Notes under the pieces: model-generated
Databases searched by the model: none
Seen by the model: only the letters and a program-made list of their open reading frames with translations
Told to the model about the DNA's origin: nothing
Shown: positions 1-14,282 of the stretch, in pieces
Numbering within the stretch: the stretch's first letter is position 1
How the letters are laid out: each line of letters opens with the position of its first letter
Assembly (NCBI GenBank): GCA_040954595.2
Contig: CM082577.2
Location: 13,337,903-13,401,902, forward strand
From: Balanoglossus misakiensis
Taxonomy: Eukaryota > Animalia > Hemichordata
Direction of reading: 5' to 3'
Length of the DNA stretch: 64,000 nt
Translations under genes and position numbers: made by a program

Positions 1-2
1 AA

Positions 3-2047
3 ATCAAGAAGCTTAAGGGCCATGGTGGTATGGTTGGACTCACTCGAGATGAAGCTGCTCTTGACCGATTAGTCACAACTACACCATATATTGCTGGTCT
101 AGTGAATGAGTACCTTGGCAGTTTCCCAAAAGCTTCCAGATCTTCTGAAAGGAAAGAACATTATCAGCTCTCGGGTGAAGTTGCAATAAGGTCAAGAGTA
201 TTTTCTCTAAATCTACGTCAGCTGATCGAGTTGCACTGTGGTGACAATCCATTCAAAGTGGAAACACCACTGAAGAATCTGGCTTCATCTGCACTTGTGT
301 CAAATGATGCAAAGAATGACATTCTGCAGTTTGCAGAAAAGGGTCAAAAGCGTTTTGAGGAGTTCGTTTCTGAACGATTGATATCTTCATCAACTATCTC
401 AGTGTGGGACAAAATGAAAAAAACTTAAGTTGAAGACTTTTTCAAACTGGATGGAGAAAAGCAAAGTGCGTGTCGGGGACAAGGTTATAAAATTGCGTGA
501 GGAACGTTAATTGCTTGGAAGATTTCTCATTATCCAAGGCAGCCGACCAAGTTTAGTTCCTAAACTCGAGGAGACAATTGGAGAATATGAGATGTCAATG
601 ACACCCCGTTCTCTGTGTGCTGTTTATGATACACTGTATATCCCAACAGACAAAGCCAGTTTTATGCATGCAGTTGAAGATGCTAAGGCAGAACCCTGTG
701 AGGATGTCATACAGCCTGATATTAATCCAGACAATCCTTCAACTACGCCACTTCCAGACCAGGTTCAGAATGATTTATCTCCCAGAGTTCTAATAATAGA
801 CGCCATGTGTGTGCTTCAGAGTATGAAAAAGACACCAACTATGATGAAGATGCAGGATCTACAGAACGCGTTTCACAAACGCATTGAAAAGATGATGATG
901 GGATATGATGAGGGCCGAGTTGTGTTTGATAGGTACATGGACCAATCATTAAAGAATAAGACTACACAGAAGAGAGCAACAACATCTGTAGAATATCAAA
1001 TTCATCCAGAAATGAAGTTCACCATGACATTTAAAGAACTTCTATCTGCATCGTCAACCAAGAGACAACTGACATGTATGTTAGCCGAGGGACTCATCGA
1101 ATATTTCTCAAAAGACAGGTACAACGCTTTTCTGATGGTTGTTGTATATGATACCTTCATCAAGGGACATGGTTTTACAGAAGTTCACTCACATGAAGAG
1201 GCTGACACGCTCATTCCTCATCAAGTCATTGCTTCTGCTGCTAATGGTGCCTCACGAGAAATATGTGTGTGGTCATTCGACACTGATGTCCTCCTGTTGC
1301 TAATTGATTTAGTGTCTTGTGGACGGATTGGAGCTCCCACCTCATTGAAATTTTCAACAGGCAAAGGTACAAAGAAACGTGAAATAAATATATTCGAACG
1401 AGTTCAAGTTATTGGACGTAACAAATGTCAAGGACTTCTTGGACTCCACAATTTTTCTGGTGCTGATTGGGGAGGAAAATTTCTTCGAATCTCCAAAAAA
1501 CATGGGTTAACACCTACCTGAAGCTTGATGATGAGGACTTGGTAAAGCTTCTATTCATCCTGAGCTGGTCAGTGGTGACCTTCCAGCATTGGTGAAGCCA
1601 TTGGAACATTTTGTATGCCGTGTTTACAGTTCAACAGGTCCAACAACCCTGCCATCACTTAGATGGGAACTATTCCGGTCAAAGAATTTGGAAGGAGAAA
1701 TGCTACCTCCAACTCGTGCTTCATTATTGCCTCATATACTCCGTGCCAACTACATCACAGTGAGGGATAAATCATACACAACAAATTGTCCCAAACTTCC
1801 ATCAATCGAAAAGAATGGGTGGAAATCGGAGAATGGCGTGTTTTATCCAGTAAAATGTCTTGCTCTCCCTGCACCAAAGGCAGTACTAGAGCTTATCAAA
1901 TGTGGCTGCAAAGCAGGTTGTAGGGGACGTTGCAGTTGCTCAAAGAGTGATTTACCATGTACTCCCCTCTGCAAATGCTATGGTGGAGACTGTGAAAACC
2001 AATTAAGGGAAAATGTTCTTGAAGATAACGACACTGACGATGAGTAG
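3..2047 (+). pseudogene. AcademX-like DNA transposon transposase, 3' part (XPG/FEN-like nuclease motifs plus C-terminal Cys8/CXC domain), disrupted
   Basis: ORFs 30-428, 511-1521 and 1589-2047 join through a frameshift in the A-run at ~417-423, an in-frame TAA at 508-510 and a frameshift near 1495-1500. Motifs: KGHGGMVGLT, IIDAM, VVFDRY, HEEADT, DTDV, HNFSGADW, LPPT and CGCKAGCRGRCSCSKSDLPCTPLCKC. No introns. The Academ assignment comes from recalled family architecture. Confidence 0.75.
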
Positions 2048-2421
2048 ATCAAACAGATGGCTTTTGTAAAAATGATGATTGAGATTACCAAGATATCAGA
2101 AAAGAATCGTTATGCTTCTTGGGTTGTTTATTGCACCTTCCGTGGTTGGGAGGGTGTCTCAAGTGTCCATTTTATTTTATGAGAATAGAGTAAATAGGCC
2201 AACAAACAATTTCGGAGTGGCCAAAATGGAAGTGCCCCCCCCCCCCATTAAAAAATGATGGAGGGGCCCTATAATTTGCAGCCGATTATTTTTGGCCAGG
2301 TGGGTCCCCTCCGAAGTTTTCCACCGATTGCCTCCTATGACTACAGCTTTCGTAGAGGGGGTGCCACAGCTGCTTTCTCTGCACATGTCACAGGGGAATT
2401 AATTCGTTTTCATGGTGACTA
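2048..2421 (+). mobile_element. Probable 3' subterminal region and terminus of the Academ-like element (...CATGGTGACTA)
   Basis: Ends in CTA at 2419-2421, matching the TAG...CTA termini recalled for Academ. The 5' end is outside the window, so TIR and TSD cannot be confirmed. Confidence 0.45.
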
Positions 2422-2699
2422 GAAGTCACAATCATATTTATAATGTATTAAGAGTTGCGCCTTTTTCACAACGCTCACAAGTGGCTCGTCAGGTGAACAC
2501 TTACCTTAGCTCATTCAGACCTTATTTCTGAATATTGTGATTCTTGTGAGGGCTTTGCTTTATTTGTAACAGTATTGCTTGTATTTATTAGCATATGATT
2601 GCATGTGATATTGGTCTGATATTGAATAATAAAAATAACTGAATTCAAATGCATTCACTGCCTGTTGTGTATTACTTGAACACAGTTACCTTTATTTAA

Positions 2700-4237
2700 A
2701 GGCTCCTGATCGTCTCATGCACATGCGCGTAATTTCCGGGGGGAAGCGAGATTCAAAATGGCTGTAAATTTCCTCTCAGAAAGTTCAAAAGGGGGCCGTT
2801 GTACAAGTTGTGAGGTGATTCGTTGTCCTGTATGAATGAGGTGTGCTCGGTAACTGCGATCTGTGCACGAGTTTTGGTTCACAGATGGAAATTCTCTATG
2901 AAACTACTGTGCAACAGATCAATTGTAAATCCGCCAGCTTAGCCTAGCATTGGAAGTGAGCAGGGCTGCTGTGGTGGGAGGCCGTAAGACACAAAGCCCA
3001 GCTTACCTGACCGAGCTAGGTTTCCACAAGCCTTGTGCAATTATAATATTCAAACTGAAGATGATCTTGAACCCAACTGTCTGATTGTTTTGGTGACAAC
3101 CCGTACACTTTTCAACAGCCCACCTGGAAAGTTTAGTGTAATTCTAACGGTGCGCCTGTATTTTTGGCACAATTTTACGATGATATGTACTTGTATGCCC
3201 CTGTAGATCGTAGCGAATACGAGAGAAAATGGCTCAATGGCCAACACCAAAGACAGCCCCCAAACAAAGTCCACTTCACTACGAACTGTAACCACCCCTT
3301 GGTGTAACCTTAGCTCAGTTCTTTATCAATTTATTAATATTTAAGCAATATTTGTTTTGGCTGGTGCTGAGAAGCTCAAACACGTAAATCATCACTGCGC
3401 TAAACTGCCAAAGTGACTCCATCTGTGTCTTGGCTACACCTGAGCAATTGCACTGCTAGTAAATTTTCGCTGCAAATCTCAGCCAATTCGCGTAGTTTTC
3501 CTCTCGGTCAATTACAATTTCTTTCCCTCTGAACAGAGAATATATTGCTAGTTTGTACAGCTTCATAAAATTTGCTTCAATGGCAGTGTGCCTCCATGAA
3601 AGCGAGGATGATTACTGTACACGGCAGTGTTTCTTCTCTCTTCCAGGCCCAGCTTACAAGCCCCCAGTATCCCGCGCACGATCTACACCCCTGGGAGAAT
3701 CTTTTCATGAGGAAAACCCTCAGCACAAACTGTGTCACCAGACAGTGATTAACATAACAATAACAAAGTGTGGCTGATATTGGCACTCCAATGAACAACC
3801 AACATCTTTCTATACAATTTCGTGTTCAGTGTGTTGACCAAGACGTTCACACTTTGGTTATAATCCCCCAAACGGTGTTGGAAAACCGCCGTTTGGGGGA
3901 TGACTACCTACAACGTTTGTGCAGGCCTAGTTTGGCATGTTCTCGTATGCAGTGCGGTGGTACCATCTTTGTTGGAGTTGGTTTTCATTCCAAACAGTGT
4001 AAGAATCCCCAAGTAAAGATGTTACTCATTGATAAGGATAAGTAGTTATAGTTTTGTCCTTTCTTTTCAGCTAATTTGCTCTCTTTTCCCAATCTCCGAC
4101 AGTGCAATACAGGGTATGTTCGCCAACACCTTGTCTGTTGTTAGGACAGCGCACTGCCTTATGGGATTGACTGTTTACAACTTCTGTAACCAGAGGCTAT
4201 TGTTTGAAACATGTGCATCAATGATGATCACCGCCCT
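2700..4237. mobile_element. Kolobok-like non-autonomous DNA transposon (~1.54 kb)
   Basis: TTAA at 2696-2699 and 4238-4241. Imperfect TIRs AGGCTCCTGATCGTCTCATGCACAT and ATGTGCATCAATGATGATCACCGCCCT. Internal parts recur at ~39990-40440 (inverted) and ~45565-45785 (direct). Confidence 0.55.
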
Positions 4238-4251
4238 TTAAATCAATCAAC

Positions 4252-4361
4252 AACCACAAATTCTCCTTGTGTCTTTTATACTATAGAAATACTCATTTAT
4301 TACATCTCATGTGTACATGAGTATCTCTATAGTATGGAAGTTACTAGGAGAATTTGTGGTT
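4252..4361. repeat. ~110-bp hairpin with 45-bp imperfect arms; tiny MITE-like
   Basis: AACCACAAATTCTCCT...ATACTATAGAAATACTCAT pairs with ATGAGTATCTCTATAGTAT...AGGAGAATTTGTGGTT. Confidence 0.75.
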
Positions 4362-6247
4362 TGAATTGAATGAAAATAAAAAAATAAACACCTTTGACAA
4401 AGCTTACAATTTATGCATGTTTAAAGGTTTGTATAGAAAAGCATTGTTGAAGTTTTTTTTTACCAAACTTTGAAGAAGTTTTGCAACCCTAACCTTGGCC
4501 AAAGATTTGAATGTTTAGGTTTCACAAAGGTAGTTACAGCTGAAGTTCAACTAAGACTAGTATAAGAGGCTTCAGCACACCAAGTCTTGTAGCAAGCTTC
4601 AACACAAAGCTTTTTTGCAACATTGTTCCAAGCATTGTCAAAGGTACTGCACAATGTGTTGTGCTAATGGCTTAAGCCATCTGTCCCCACAACCAGAATT
4701 GCAACAGAGTTAAATACACACAGCCAGAAATTGTCAAATGTTGCAAAATCGAACAAATGGTCCAGTGAACGAGCACATCCTTACACTTATTATTAGAACC
4801 AGAGGTTGAGTCAAAATATTCCTACCTAGAAATGTTCTTTCGTATGAAGTTGTTTTGCTTATTTGCATTCATATGGGAGCCTAGACCTATTCCAGCTCAA
4901 TTGCCAACATGGCAATGTTGGGCAATTCTTCTAATATGAATAATCATAAAAGCCGCCAAATACCTTCTTTAAAATAAAAATTTGCCCTTTTTCTCAAAAT
5001 TATTTGTAATATATAATATTTCAGGATTTGCATCCATATTAGTTATGTATTGCAAATATGTAGGCCCCTATATGTTGCTCCCACATACACTTCCAGTCCT
5101 ACACCTTGCTTCAGTTTTTTGGTGCACATGAAGAAATAAGATTGGCTCTACAATATGCACACTTAATTGGAAATGGATTCTGCATATATAAACAAATTGA
5201 AAATGAGATATGACACATATAATCACGGGACAAGAAGGGCAAAAGTTAAATTATCCAGCAGGTGTTTTTAATTGTGCAAATTAGAACAGTTGTCTAATAT
5301 TGCCATGTCAATCGCGTTGAAATTGTTTTAGGTACCCATAGTAAAGAAAACCCTGCAAATGCGATATTGCACACCATTTAAGACAAACATGGGAAATGTA
5401 CACGTCAGAGAAGTTTGGCAGCCATTTTGGATTATGCAAATTAGAACAGCTGTCCAATATTGCAATTGCAACCATGTTGAAATTGTTTAAGGTACGCATA
5501 TTAATGAAACCCTGCAAATGCGATATTACACACCATTTAGGACAAACGTGGGAAATTTACATGTTAGAAAAGTTTGGCGGCCATTTTGGATTATGCAAAT
5601 GTGGAGAGTTGTACAAAAATGCCATATTTGCAATGCAGTTGCCTTGTTTTGTGTGCCCATATTAAGGCAATCTTGAAAACGAAATATTATTCACCATTTT
5701 GGCACAAACAGTGCAGAGAAGGTGTTCCACAGTCATTATGCAATTTAGAAGAGGTGCCCAACCCTGCCATATTTGCAATGCATTTGTATTGGTAAAAGGT
5801 TTCAGTATGAATGCAAATCCTGAATTTTAGATTTATAACAATTTAATAGGAAAGAACATTTGTAGGTTCATCATTGACCCCATAGGACTGTCAACTCGAC
5901 TACAGACAGTTTCGATGAACACAAGACATGATCCCAATTTGCAAGCTGAGTTGAAACTGACTGCTGCAGTAATTATGCTCTGGGAATGTCTTGTGTGATT
6001 TAAAGCAATTGATGACAAAATTTATCACAGTTTCTCTGAGGTGACCATTAGGCTTTCGTGACTAAGTTTGTTTAAGAATCCATAAAACACATTCTACCCA
6101 AGGAAGAAATTTCCTTAGAATTTCACAACTGTGACACAGTTTACAGGTATACAAAAAGAGCGTACTACAAACATAAGAAATTGTTTGCATGTTTTTTTCT
6201 GATGGCAATGCATTTTACTGTAGACAGACATTGACCTCCTTTAGTAA

Positions 6248-7187
6248 GGGACCGTTCAGTTTTTACGGCTGGGGGTGTGTGGCAAGCTTGTGTCATCGGT
6301 TTTCAAAATCAGGCCGACCCTCCATTCACCCAGGCCCAAAAATATGATGAACCCCCCCCCCTTTGACAGGACCAAAAATTTGATGACCCTCCCCCACCCC
6401 GAAAACATTCGCCATCCTGATCTTATGTACACTGTATGCAATAAAGGGAAAGGGTCTCCTCACACCTCAATTCTCAATTTCTTAAAGAAATTTATAATTT
6501 GAAGAGTATAATAGTATAGCGTTGCAATAAAGAAATCTATTAATAAATTAAAATGACACGTCAATACAATCGTTGGTAGAATTGGTAAAACAAGAAAAGT
6601 GGAAGGGGTGGGTGTACGTAGGACAATTTTGTAAAATACGATTAATGCATTTTAATGAACTCAAAGGCAAATTAACTTAATGTTGGGGAGGACAAATTTG
6701 ACTTTTGCCACTCAAAGTTAACATCAGTGGGGGTGGGATGGCAAGTATTCTGCCCTGGTACGCTATATGTGGCGAAGAAATAATTGTAAAATAAGTAGCT
6801 CAAAGTTGCATTTTTATGAACTCAAAAGCAAATTATCTCAATGTTTGGGAGGACCAATTTTACTGTTGCCACTCCACACAAAGTTAGCATCGGTGGGGGT
6901 GGGGTGGCAAGTACTCTGCCCTGGTACACTAGACAAACCAGCAAATAAATGAAATGTGGCGGAGAATCAAGGGGTCGAGAAAATTTTGTAAAATAAAGGG
7001 CGAGAAAGTGAAATTTTGTGGACTCAAAAGCAAAAGTTCGGTGGCAAAAGTATGTGACCCCCCCCCCCCCTAAACGTTTAAAAAATAAAGATGACTCCCC
7101 CTTTTGGATTTCAAAATTTAAGTGACCCCCCCCCCCCCTTTGGATTTGGCCAAACCCACCCCCAGCAATAAGAACTGAACAGTCCCC
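6248..7187. mobile_element. PIF/Harbinger-like MITE (~940 bp) inserted in copy A
   Basis: TIRs GGGACCGTTCAGTT and AACTGAACAGTCCCC with TAA on both sides (6245-6247, 7188-7190). The empty site is visible in the other IR arms (TTAGTAGTGCTATTTT at ~32929). A second copy lies at 51861-54936. Confidence 0.75.
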
Positions 7188-10100
7188 CTAAGCGCTATTT
7201 TGTCAGTGAAATGGCTTCATCATCATCTCTCCAACCAAAGTTGAAACAGAGTTGCAAATATTGCACAGCTTGAAATAAAAAAAATGTTGCAAAATTGAAC
7301 CAACAGTTCGGTCAACGATCAAGTTCTTACAGCTATTATTGGACCAGACAGTCTCAGCGAACAAGAGACATGGGCCTGATTTGCAAGCCGAGTTGGAACT
7401 GACCTTGCCTGCCCATGGATGTGCCAATTTCAGTGAATCTTATCAAATTAAAAGTGAATATGGAGAACGGTTCTCTGTGTTCCAATTGTTAGCCTTCATA
7501 GCTGTTGTCATTCTGTTTTTTTTTCTGTACACCAAAATTGCCTGGACGATGAGCATGCAGAATTTTTCTGATGCTTCTTACTGGCAGAAGGACCACCAGT
7601 TGCAGATTTTCATTTCTACGGCACAAGGGAATTCTATACTTTGCGTGCAAATATAAATCCTGTTAAATTCTTCTATATATTCTTTGTTGGGGATTCAAAA
7701 GTATTATGACTGATAGTTTTAGTACCTCTATTCCAAAAAAGCATGCTGTCAGTGTGCGTGTGACTGTGATCATTATCGTATTTTCAAAATTTGCAGTGTG
7801 CCAGTTCAACACATAGCATAACAATGGTAAAGCACATGTGTGAATTTTGTGAAATCTGGGAGTGTATCTTACACGGCCATGGCTGCCACATTTGCACATG
7901 ATGGCTTACATTAAAATGCGCTGTGCATCATGATTATTTAAATAACATAAAACCTCTGATATCTACAGAAACAGTACTATTATAGTGGGAAACATGACAA
8001 AAATATTCAAGTAGTATATCACTCACACTTTGTGTTATGAAGACATGGCCACACTGTTTGGGATACTTTTATCAAATGTTATGTGATACTATATCAGCCT
8101 GTTTTGGGGATCTTGACAATGACATATATTAGACTTTTCATACACAGCATGAGGTAGAATTTCAGAAACGATTAGGTAATAAGACTGCATATCTCATAGG
8201 AAATAATCACTTTAGAAGTATTACGAAAAAAAATCATTTCACTCTTATCAGGAGCATACATTTGTAAAACATACATACAGACATGAATACAGACATAGAG
8301 AGATCAAGGTGTATACGATTTTCAGTCAGGAGGGGGTCCTCCTTAATTGCAAACAACTATGTAATGGTAATTTCCCTTTTATAATAACAATTTTTGAGGT
8401 ATAAAGAAAAAATATCTAACAAAATAAACAAAAAAACTAATTGAGCTATGATTTGATTCAATTATCATTCTAAAGAAGCACATATCATTAACTCACAACT
8501 AAACTTTTAAAGTGATCAAGCATGCACTTTCTGAGATTTTTTTTTTTAATTTCAAAACATGCCCCCAAAGTACAATTTTTTTCATTTTCAGAACACTTAT
8601 GATATATCACAGTAAAAATTCCCCTGGAAACTGCAAAACAAAATTGCAAAGCAATCAAACAAAAATGGCAAAAATTGTCCACAAAAAGTATATTGACACT
8701 TCCATCATAGGATTTGTTAAAATGTCGTGATAACACACCTAGGAACCTGCAAACCAAATTTCAAATAACTGTGAGTAGAGGTTTTTGAGTATTTGACCAA
8801 AATCACCCCAAAAATATACTTCAAAAAATGAAAAAAAAATCCATGAGGTCTCGATAAAATGAATACACACCAATTTCTAAAGCAATTTGACCAGTTTCCA
8901 CCAATTTCACATTGGTCCCAGTGGTAGATAGACATATACGAAATGGGAACCAAAGAGTAAAACACATTTCAAAGATTTAACACATCTTTTTCCTCAAGAG
9001 TGTTGTTCAAATCTTCTCCACATCCTTCAAAATCGCCACCATTAAGCCATATTACTTGTAGTGCATATGTTTGTCATATCTAGGTGATGCATACCACTAT
9101 AGATGTGTACCCTTTGTATAGAGGCCGATTAAACAGGTGTGGTACCTGTTAAATATCTGACTTCTTTAAATTGCAACATACACCCACAATCGTCTGTCAA
9201 CAAGATGTTCATGTAGATGTATACCTAGCAGTAAGCTTATTTAGATTGACAAATCTAAGATGAAAAGTAAAAACATAAAAATAATGAAAAAGTGGCAAAC
9301 CCCTTAGGGCTTTAACTAGCAGCTTTATGCCAGATGAGTTCGAGTCTAACGATGTAATGTTGACATTAAGGTTTCATTGAAATAACAAGGGAACCTCTCC
9401 ACTATTTGAAGCACCAAAGCTGTGAAAAACTTCCTTTTTTATGAATATGTTCTAATCTGGGACAAAAATGTGTTGCCAAGTGTCTTGACCCCTTTACCAA
9501 ATGTCAGGGACCGGATTTTTTTCAGCAAAATTTCAAATAACCTTGGGCTGATTTTTTACCTACTTTCACATATTGGGTAGCATGAAACAAAGTATGGCTT
9601 CCAGTAGGGTTATAGATACAGTGTTTTTTAATTAACAAGAATTAACATGAAACTATAATTTCATGGTTAATTTAGGACCGCCTTAATCTATGGTAACGTC
9701 ATTAAATATTTGCATATCTAATTGTAGGCTATCCAGTGGAGGGAGAAACCTAAACATGGACAACATTGGGGTCAAAATTGTTTGACAAAACTTTGGGTGA
9801 CTTTGGGTAAACCAACATTACTATATCTTGGCATCCAGAGCAGATACATCCTTGACACTTGGAGTGATGGAACTGCATAATGGAGTATTATGTCTCAGCT
9901 AGTCACAGTGCTTTGGCTGTGTTTTATGTCTTTTATTCAGCCACATTAGATGTTTTTCATTACACATTGGCTGTGTTTGCCAGTACTATTTAGCTGGTCA
10001 CACTGCCTTAACACAATGTATTCTGAAAATACCATGCAATCATTATGAAGCATATACAGCAGACAAAGTTGTGGTATGACTGAACTTGCCCTTCTTTGTG

Positions 10101-13100
10101 ATTAAAGCATGACCGGCCTGTCTTAGGTGGCCCCTACCTAGGGGCTTTACCCGTCATTGGCTCACAGTCTGAGAAATCAGCTCTGCAGGGAAGTTAACGA
10201 TGTAACCCACCATTAAAGCTTGGATTTCCGCTTTTTGTATTTGATGCCTGGCTGAGGCCTTCTTAGGATCTACCCAACGCTGAGTAGGCTATCCCGTCAT
10301 TGGCACACAGTCTCAGGGAGGGAAGTCAAAAGTTCAGTATACCATCAAAGCCTTTATATTGTCCATTCTTTTTAAGAGAAGGCTGGCTGCTGTAGAAAAA
10401 TGTTGATCTCAAATTTATCATGTCCAAAAAAAGCCAGACTTCCAGCCCTATTGGTTGGGCTGGCATTAGGTAAGTACATAATTAATGAAGCAAGACATAA
10501 TATTCCATTACATAGTTCCATCACTCCAAGTGTCAAGGATGTATCTGCCCCAGATGCCAAGATATAGGAATGTAGGTCAAAGTTTACCCAAGATCACACA
10601 AAAGTTTGTCAAAAGATTTTGACCCCGAAGTTGTCCATGTCCAGGTTTCCACATCCACTAGATAGCCTAGAATTAGATATGCACATATTTAATGAGGTTA
10701 CCATAGCTCAAGGGGGTCTTTAATTAACCATCAACATTTAGTTTCATATTAATGCATGTTAATATAATACACTGTATCTATAACCCTACTGGTAAGCCTA
10801 GAATTAGGTACATGCGAAAGTTTTTGACAAGATACATGTAGATAAGTTGTAAAATATGTACATGAACCTGACAATTGACTTAAAATAACATAAGGCAGAC
10901 TTGATACTTATCGGAGATAGATACTAATAACAACAGTGATGTTAATTACACCGGGAATGTTTGTCTTATTATAGCTACATGTAAAAGACTGCTTGAGGTA
11001 ATGTAATTAAAGTGACCACTTGCGATTCACCTTCAAAGTGCTATGCAAGTCTATGGTACATTGTTATTCCAATGATTGGACAAAGGATATTCATAATGTG
11101 TAATTAAGGCTGGATAGCATTTTCAATGTAATAAGCCCTGCCTTCACTATATAATCTTACGCCAAATCAACATTGTTCAGTTTATGTGATTAACTTCACT
11201 AAGGGACACTTGTTACATCAAATTTCCCAGCAAGGGGTGTCAGATTATTGGGCAAGTGGCATGCATGACACTAGACGATACTTTTGGAAGCAAAGCGGAC
11301 AGAACACGGCTGGATATAGACTAGGTAATTCTGAATGTTACCATGAACTGTACCACAGACTCTGTATTGTATGTTTCTGAAGAATCCCATTTAACCCAGA
11401 CATCAACATACTTCAACCTTGTAAGAAGTAGAACATACATGATAACCTAATACAATTTCACAGGAATCGGAGTATTTTCAGAGAAAACAACATTTGTTCA
11501 ACAATGACAAAAACTGCCTCAACCACAAAAATTCAGATATCAACAAATCCAACAATATCTCACTTCAACCACCAAAAGGAACATGCCTACCAAAATTGAA
11601 AGCAATCTGACAAGCGGTTTCAAAGCAAACAAATTGCACAAATTGCCTCAAGACCACAAATATGCATATTTCACCAAAATGATATACAACATTACTTGGG
11701 TTACCTCATGGAACAAGCAAACCAAAATTTAAATGCAACCTGACGTGGAGTTTCAGAGAAAATGATTTTTGACCAAAAATGACAAAATTATATTTCCCAA
11801 AAATTACAAATTTTGCCACAATTTAAACAATACTAACAAAGATTACCTATAGGAAATATCATACTAAATTCTAGATACAATTTACGATATTAGCTGAAAG
11901 TATATCAGGCGTGACATAAGCTACATGCATACAAATGTTCAAAGCAATCTGACCAGTTGTTGAGTTTCTGAGTTTTGATCAATTTCACATTTCTCCAGGT
12001 AATTTGCATATTTCATTTGAACTGGCGTGCCTGCATCTAAAAACACAATATCAAGACTCACCACACAGACTCTGTATTATATGTTTCTGGAGTAATCAAA
12101 TAAAACCAATCATGAAAATACTTCAACCTTCTTAATATGAACAAAATCCTATTTACAGGCTGGCCTGCATCTACACACCAATTATCAAGGTGATACGCGA
12201 AGGGGTTTTCAAATTTTTGATGTGGATGGACATACATACATCCATACATACTACATACACACATACAGAGGCAACTGAATGGTCAGAAAGCATGAGCAAA
12301 AAATGCAGGAAATCAATGTTGTGACACTGGTAGTAGGCCTTAATGTATACAATATCAAGACAGTTTATTTAACATAAAGTTTGATGTGTTCATAATCATT
12401 AAGAGAAGCAAACTTTGAAATTGTAAAATTAATATCAATCACAAGAAAACTGACAGCATTCTTATATTTGGAAATTTAGGTACTGTAATTTAGGTACTGT
12501 AATTAACACTAACAGTCATGAATTGTTCGAATCATCAATAAAATCATACAGCAGAAATTAATGGGGTTTCTATTTATATGCGATGTGAAAATGCAACTTG
12601 TGGTCCTTCGGCCAGTAAGAGGCATCAGATAATATTGTAAGACCAAGTTGCCCAATTGATTAGACCTATGCGCTGTGTGAAGTGCAAGTTATGGCAACTG
12701 AATTCACAGGACACTGAAGAAAGTGGAATCATAGTACATGTATGTAGGCTAACAATCACAACACAGAGAATAGTTCTCCATATTCATTTTTAATACGATA
12801 AGATTCACTGAATTGGCGCATCCATGGGCAGGCAAGGTCAGTTCCAACTCGACTTGCAAATAAGGCCCATGTCTCTTGTTTGCTGAGACTGTCTGGTTCT
12901 AATAATAGCCGTAAGAACATAATCGTTGACCGAACTGTTGGTTCAATTTTGCAACATTTTATGATTTCAAGCTGTGCAATATTTGCAACTCAGTTTCAAC
13001 TTTGGTTGGAGGGATGATGATGAAGCAATTTCACTGACAAAATAGCACTACTAACTGACGTCAATATTTGTTCAAAGTTAAATGCATTGCCTACAGAAAA

Positions 13101-13744
13101 ATGCATACGAAAAGTTTCTTATGTGAATAATAACACTTTTTCGCATAACTGCAAACCCTGTCACAGTTGTGAAATTCTAAGGAAATTCATTCATTGGGTA
13201 GAATTCGTGCTTTATGAATTCTTAAACAAACTTAGTCATGAAACCTAAATGGTTACCTTACACATGTGGAGGCCTGACTTCTGTGATATGATAGTCTTCA
13301 ATTAATGTGTATGTGATTCCATACAAATCCATATGATTACCTGAATGTACAAAATAAATTAAAAATAAATAAATAAATTAAAAATAATAAGTATCTCATA
13401 AATATGCATAAGTGCTTGTGAGAAACATATCATATATCTAAATAAACCTGTCATTTATTGACCTCATTTTCCTATTAACCCAACGGACTAGATTGCACTG
13501 TAATATTATTACAGCTTCATTTCAATGCAACAGGTACACTACATCATAAGGGAACACATATGCCAGCTCAACGTTGATATAAACAGTGTCAAAATATTGG
13601 TTGCTACAAAAGCGTGTGTCCCTTCAATCCATCCTCCCACTCAGGTCAAACGTGTTACATATTAAAATTGCCATGTGCATACAATACAGTTAGTCTTTTG
13701 TAAATTCAGACTGAGAAGAAATGACTGATAAACATTATCTGCCA

Positions 13745-14282
13745 TAGCTGCAATGATTGTAGCGGGTGCTGCTAGGTGCATAACCGCTACAAGGCCTTGT
13801 GTGTAATTTTCCAATCAACTTTCTGTCGTCAGCTCAGTTATGGGGTTTAACTCTTACCTCCGATAACATTTGAAAACCGAACGGTTGCATCCCCCCCAAA
13901 AAACACCTCCGACGCCCAAATTTCCCCCAAAATTGTCCTGCTTCCATTAAAAAAACGATAAATCCACTGAAGTTTCGCCGATGTTTACAAACTTTGTCCG
14001 CCATGTTTGCTCAAACATGGCGGAATACATCAGCAGAATTTCAGCGGATTTATCGTTTTTTTAATGGAAGCAGGACAATTTTGGGGGAAATTTGGGCGTC
14101 GGAGGTGATTTTTGGGGGGGATGCAACCGTTCGGTTTTCAAATGTTATCGGAGGTAAGAGTTAAACCCCATAACTGAGCTGACGACAGAAAGTTGATTGG
14201 AAAATTACACACAAGGCCTTGTAGCGGTTATGCTGCACACCAGTCAACCAAGCAGCACCGGCCGCTACAATCATTGCAGCTA
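13745..14282. mobile_element. 538-bp foldback MITE with TAG...CTA ends and a 9-bp TSD (AcademH-like or MULE-like)
   Basis: Near-perfect ~230-bp arms (TAGCTGCAATGATTGTAGCGG ... CCGCTACAATCATTGCAGCTA). TATCTGCCA duplicated at 13736-13744 and 14283-14291. Absent from the equivalent sites in copies B (~32245) and C (~55960). Confidence 0.85.

Noticed and set aside
9600-10800. Invertible (phase-variable) core cassette
   Set aside because: The core has the same orientation relative to unique flanks in all three copies, so no inversion is visible in this window.
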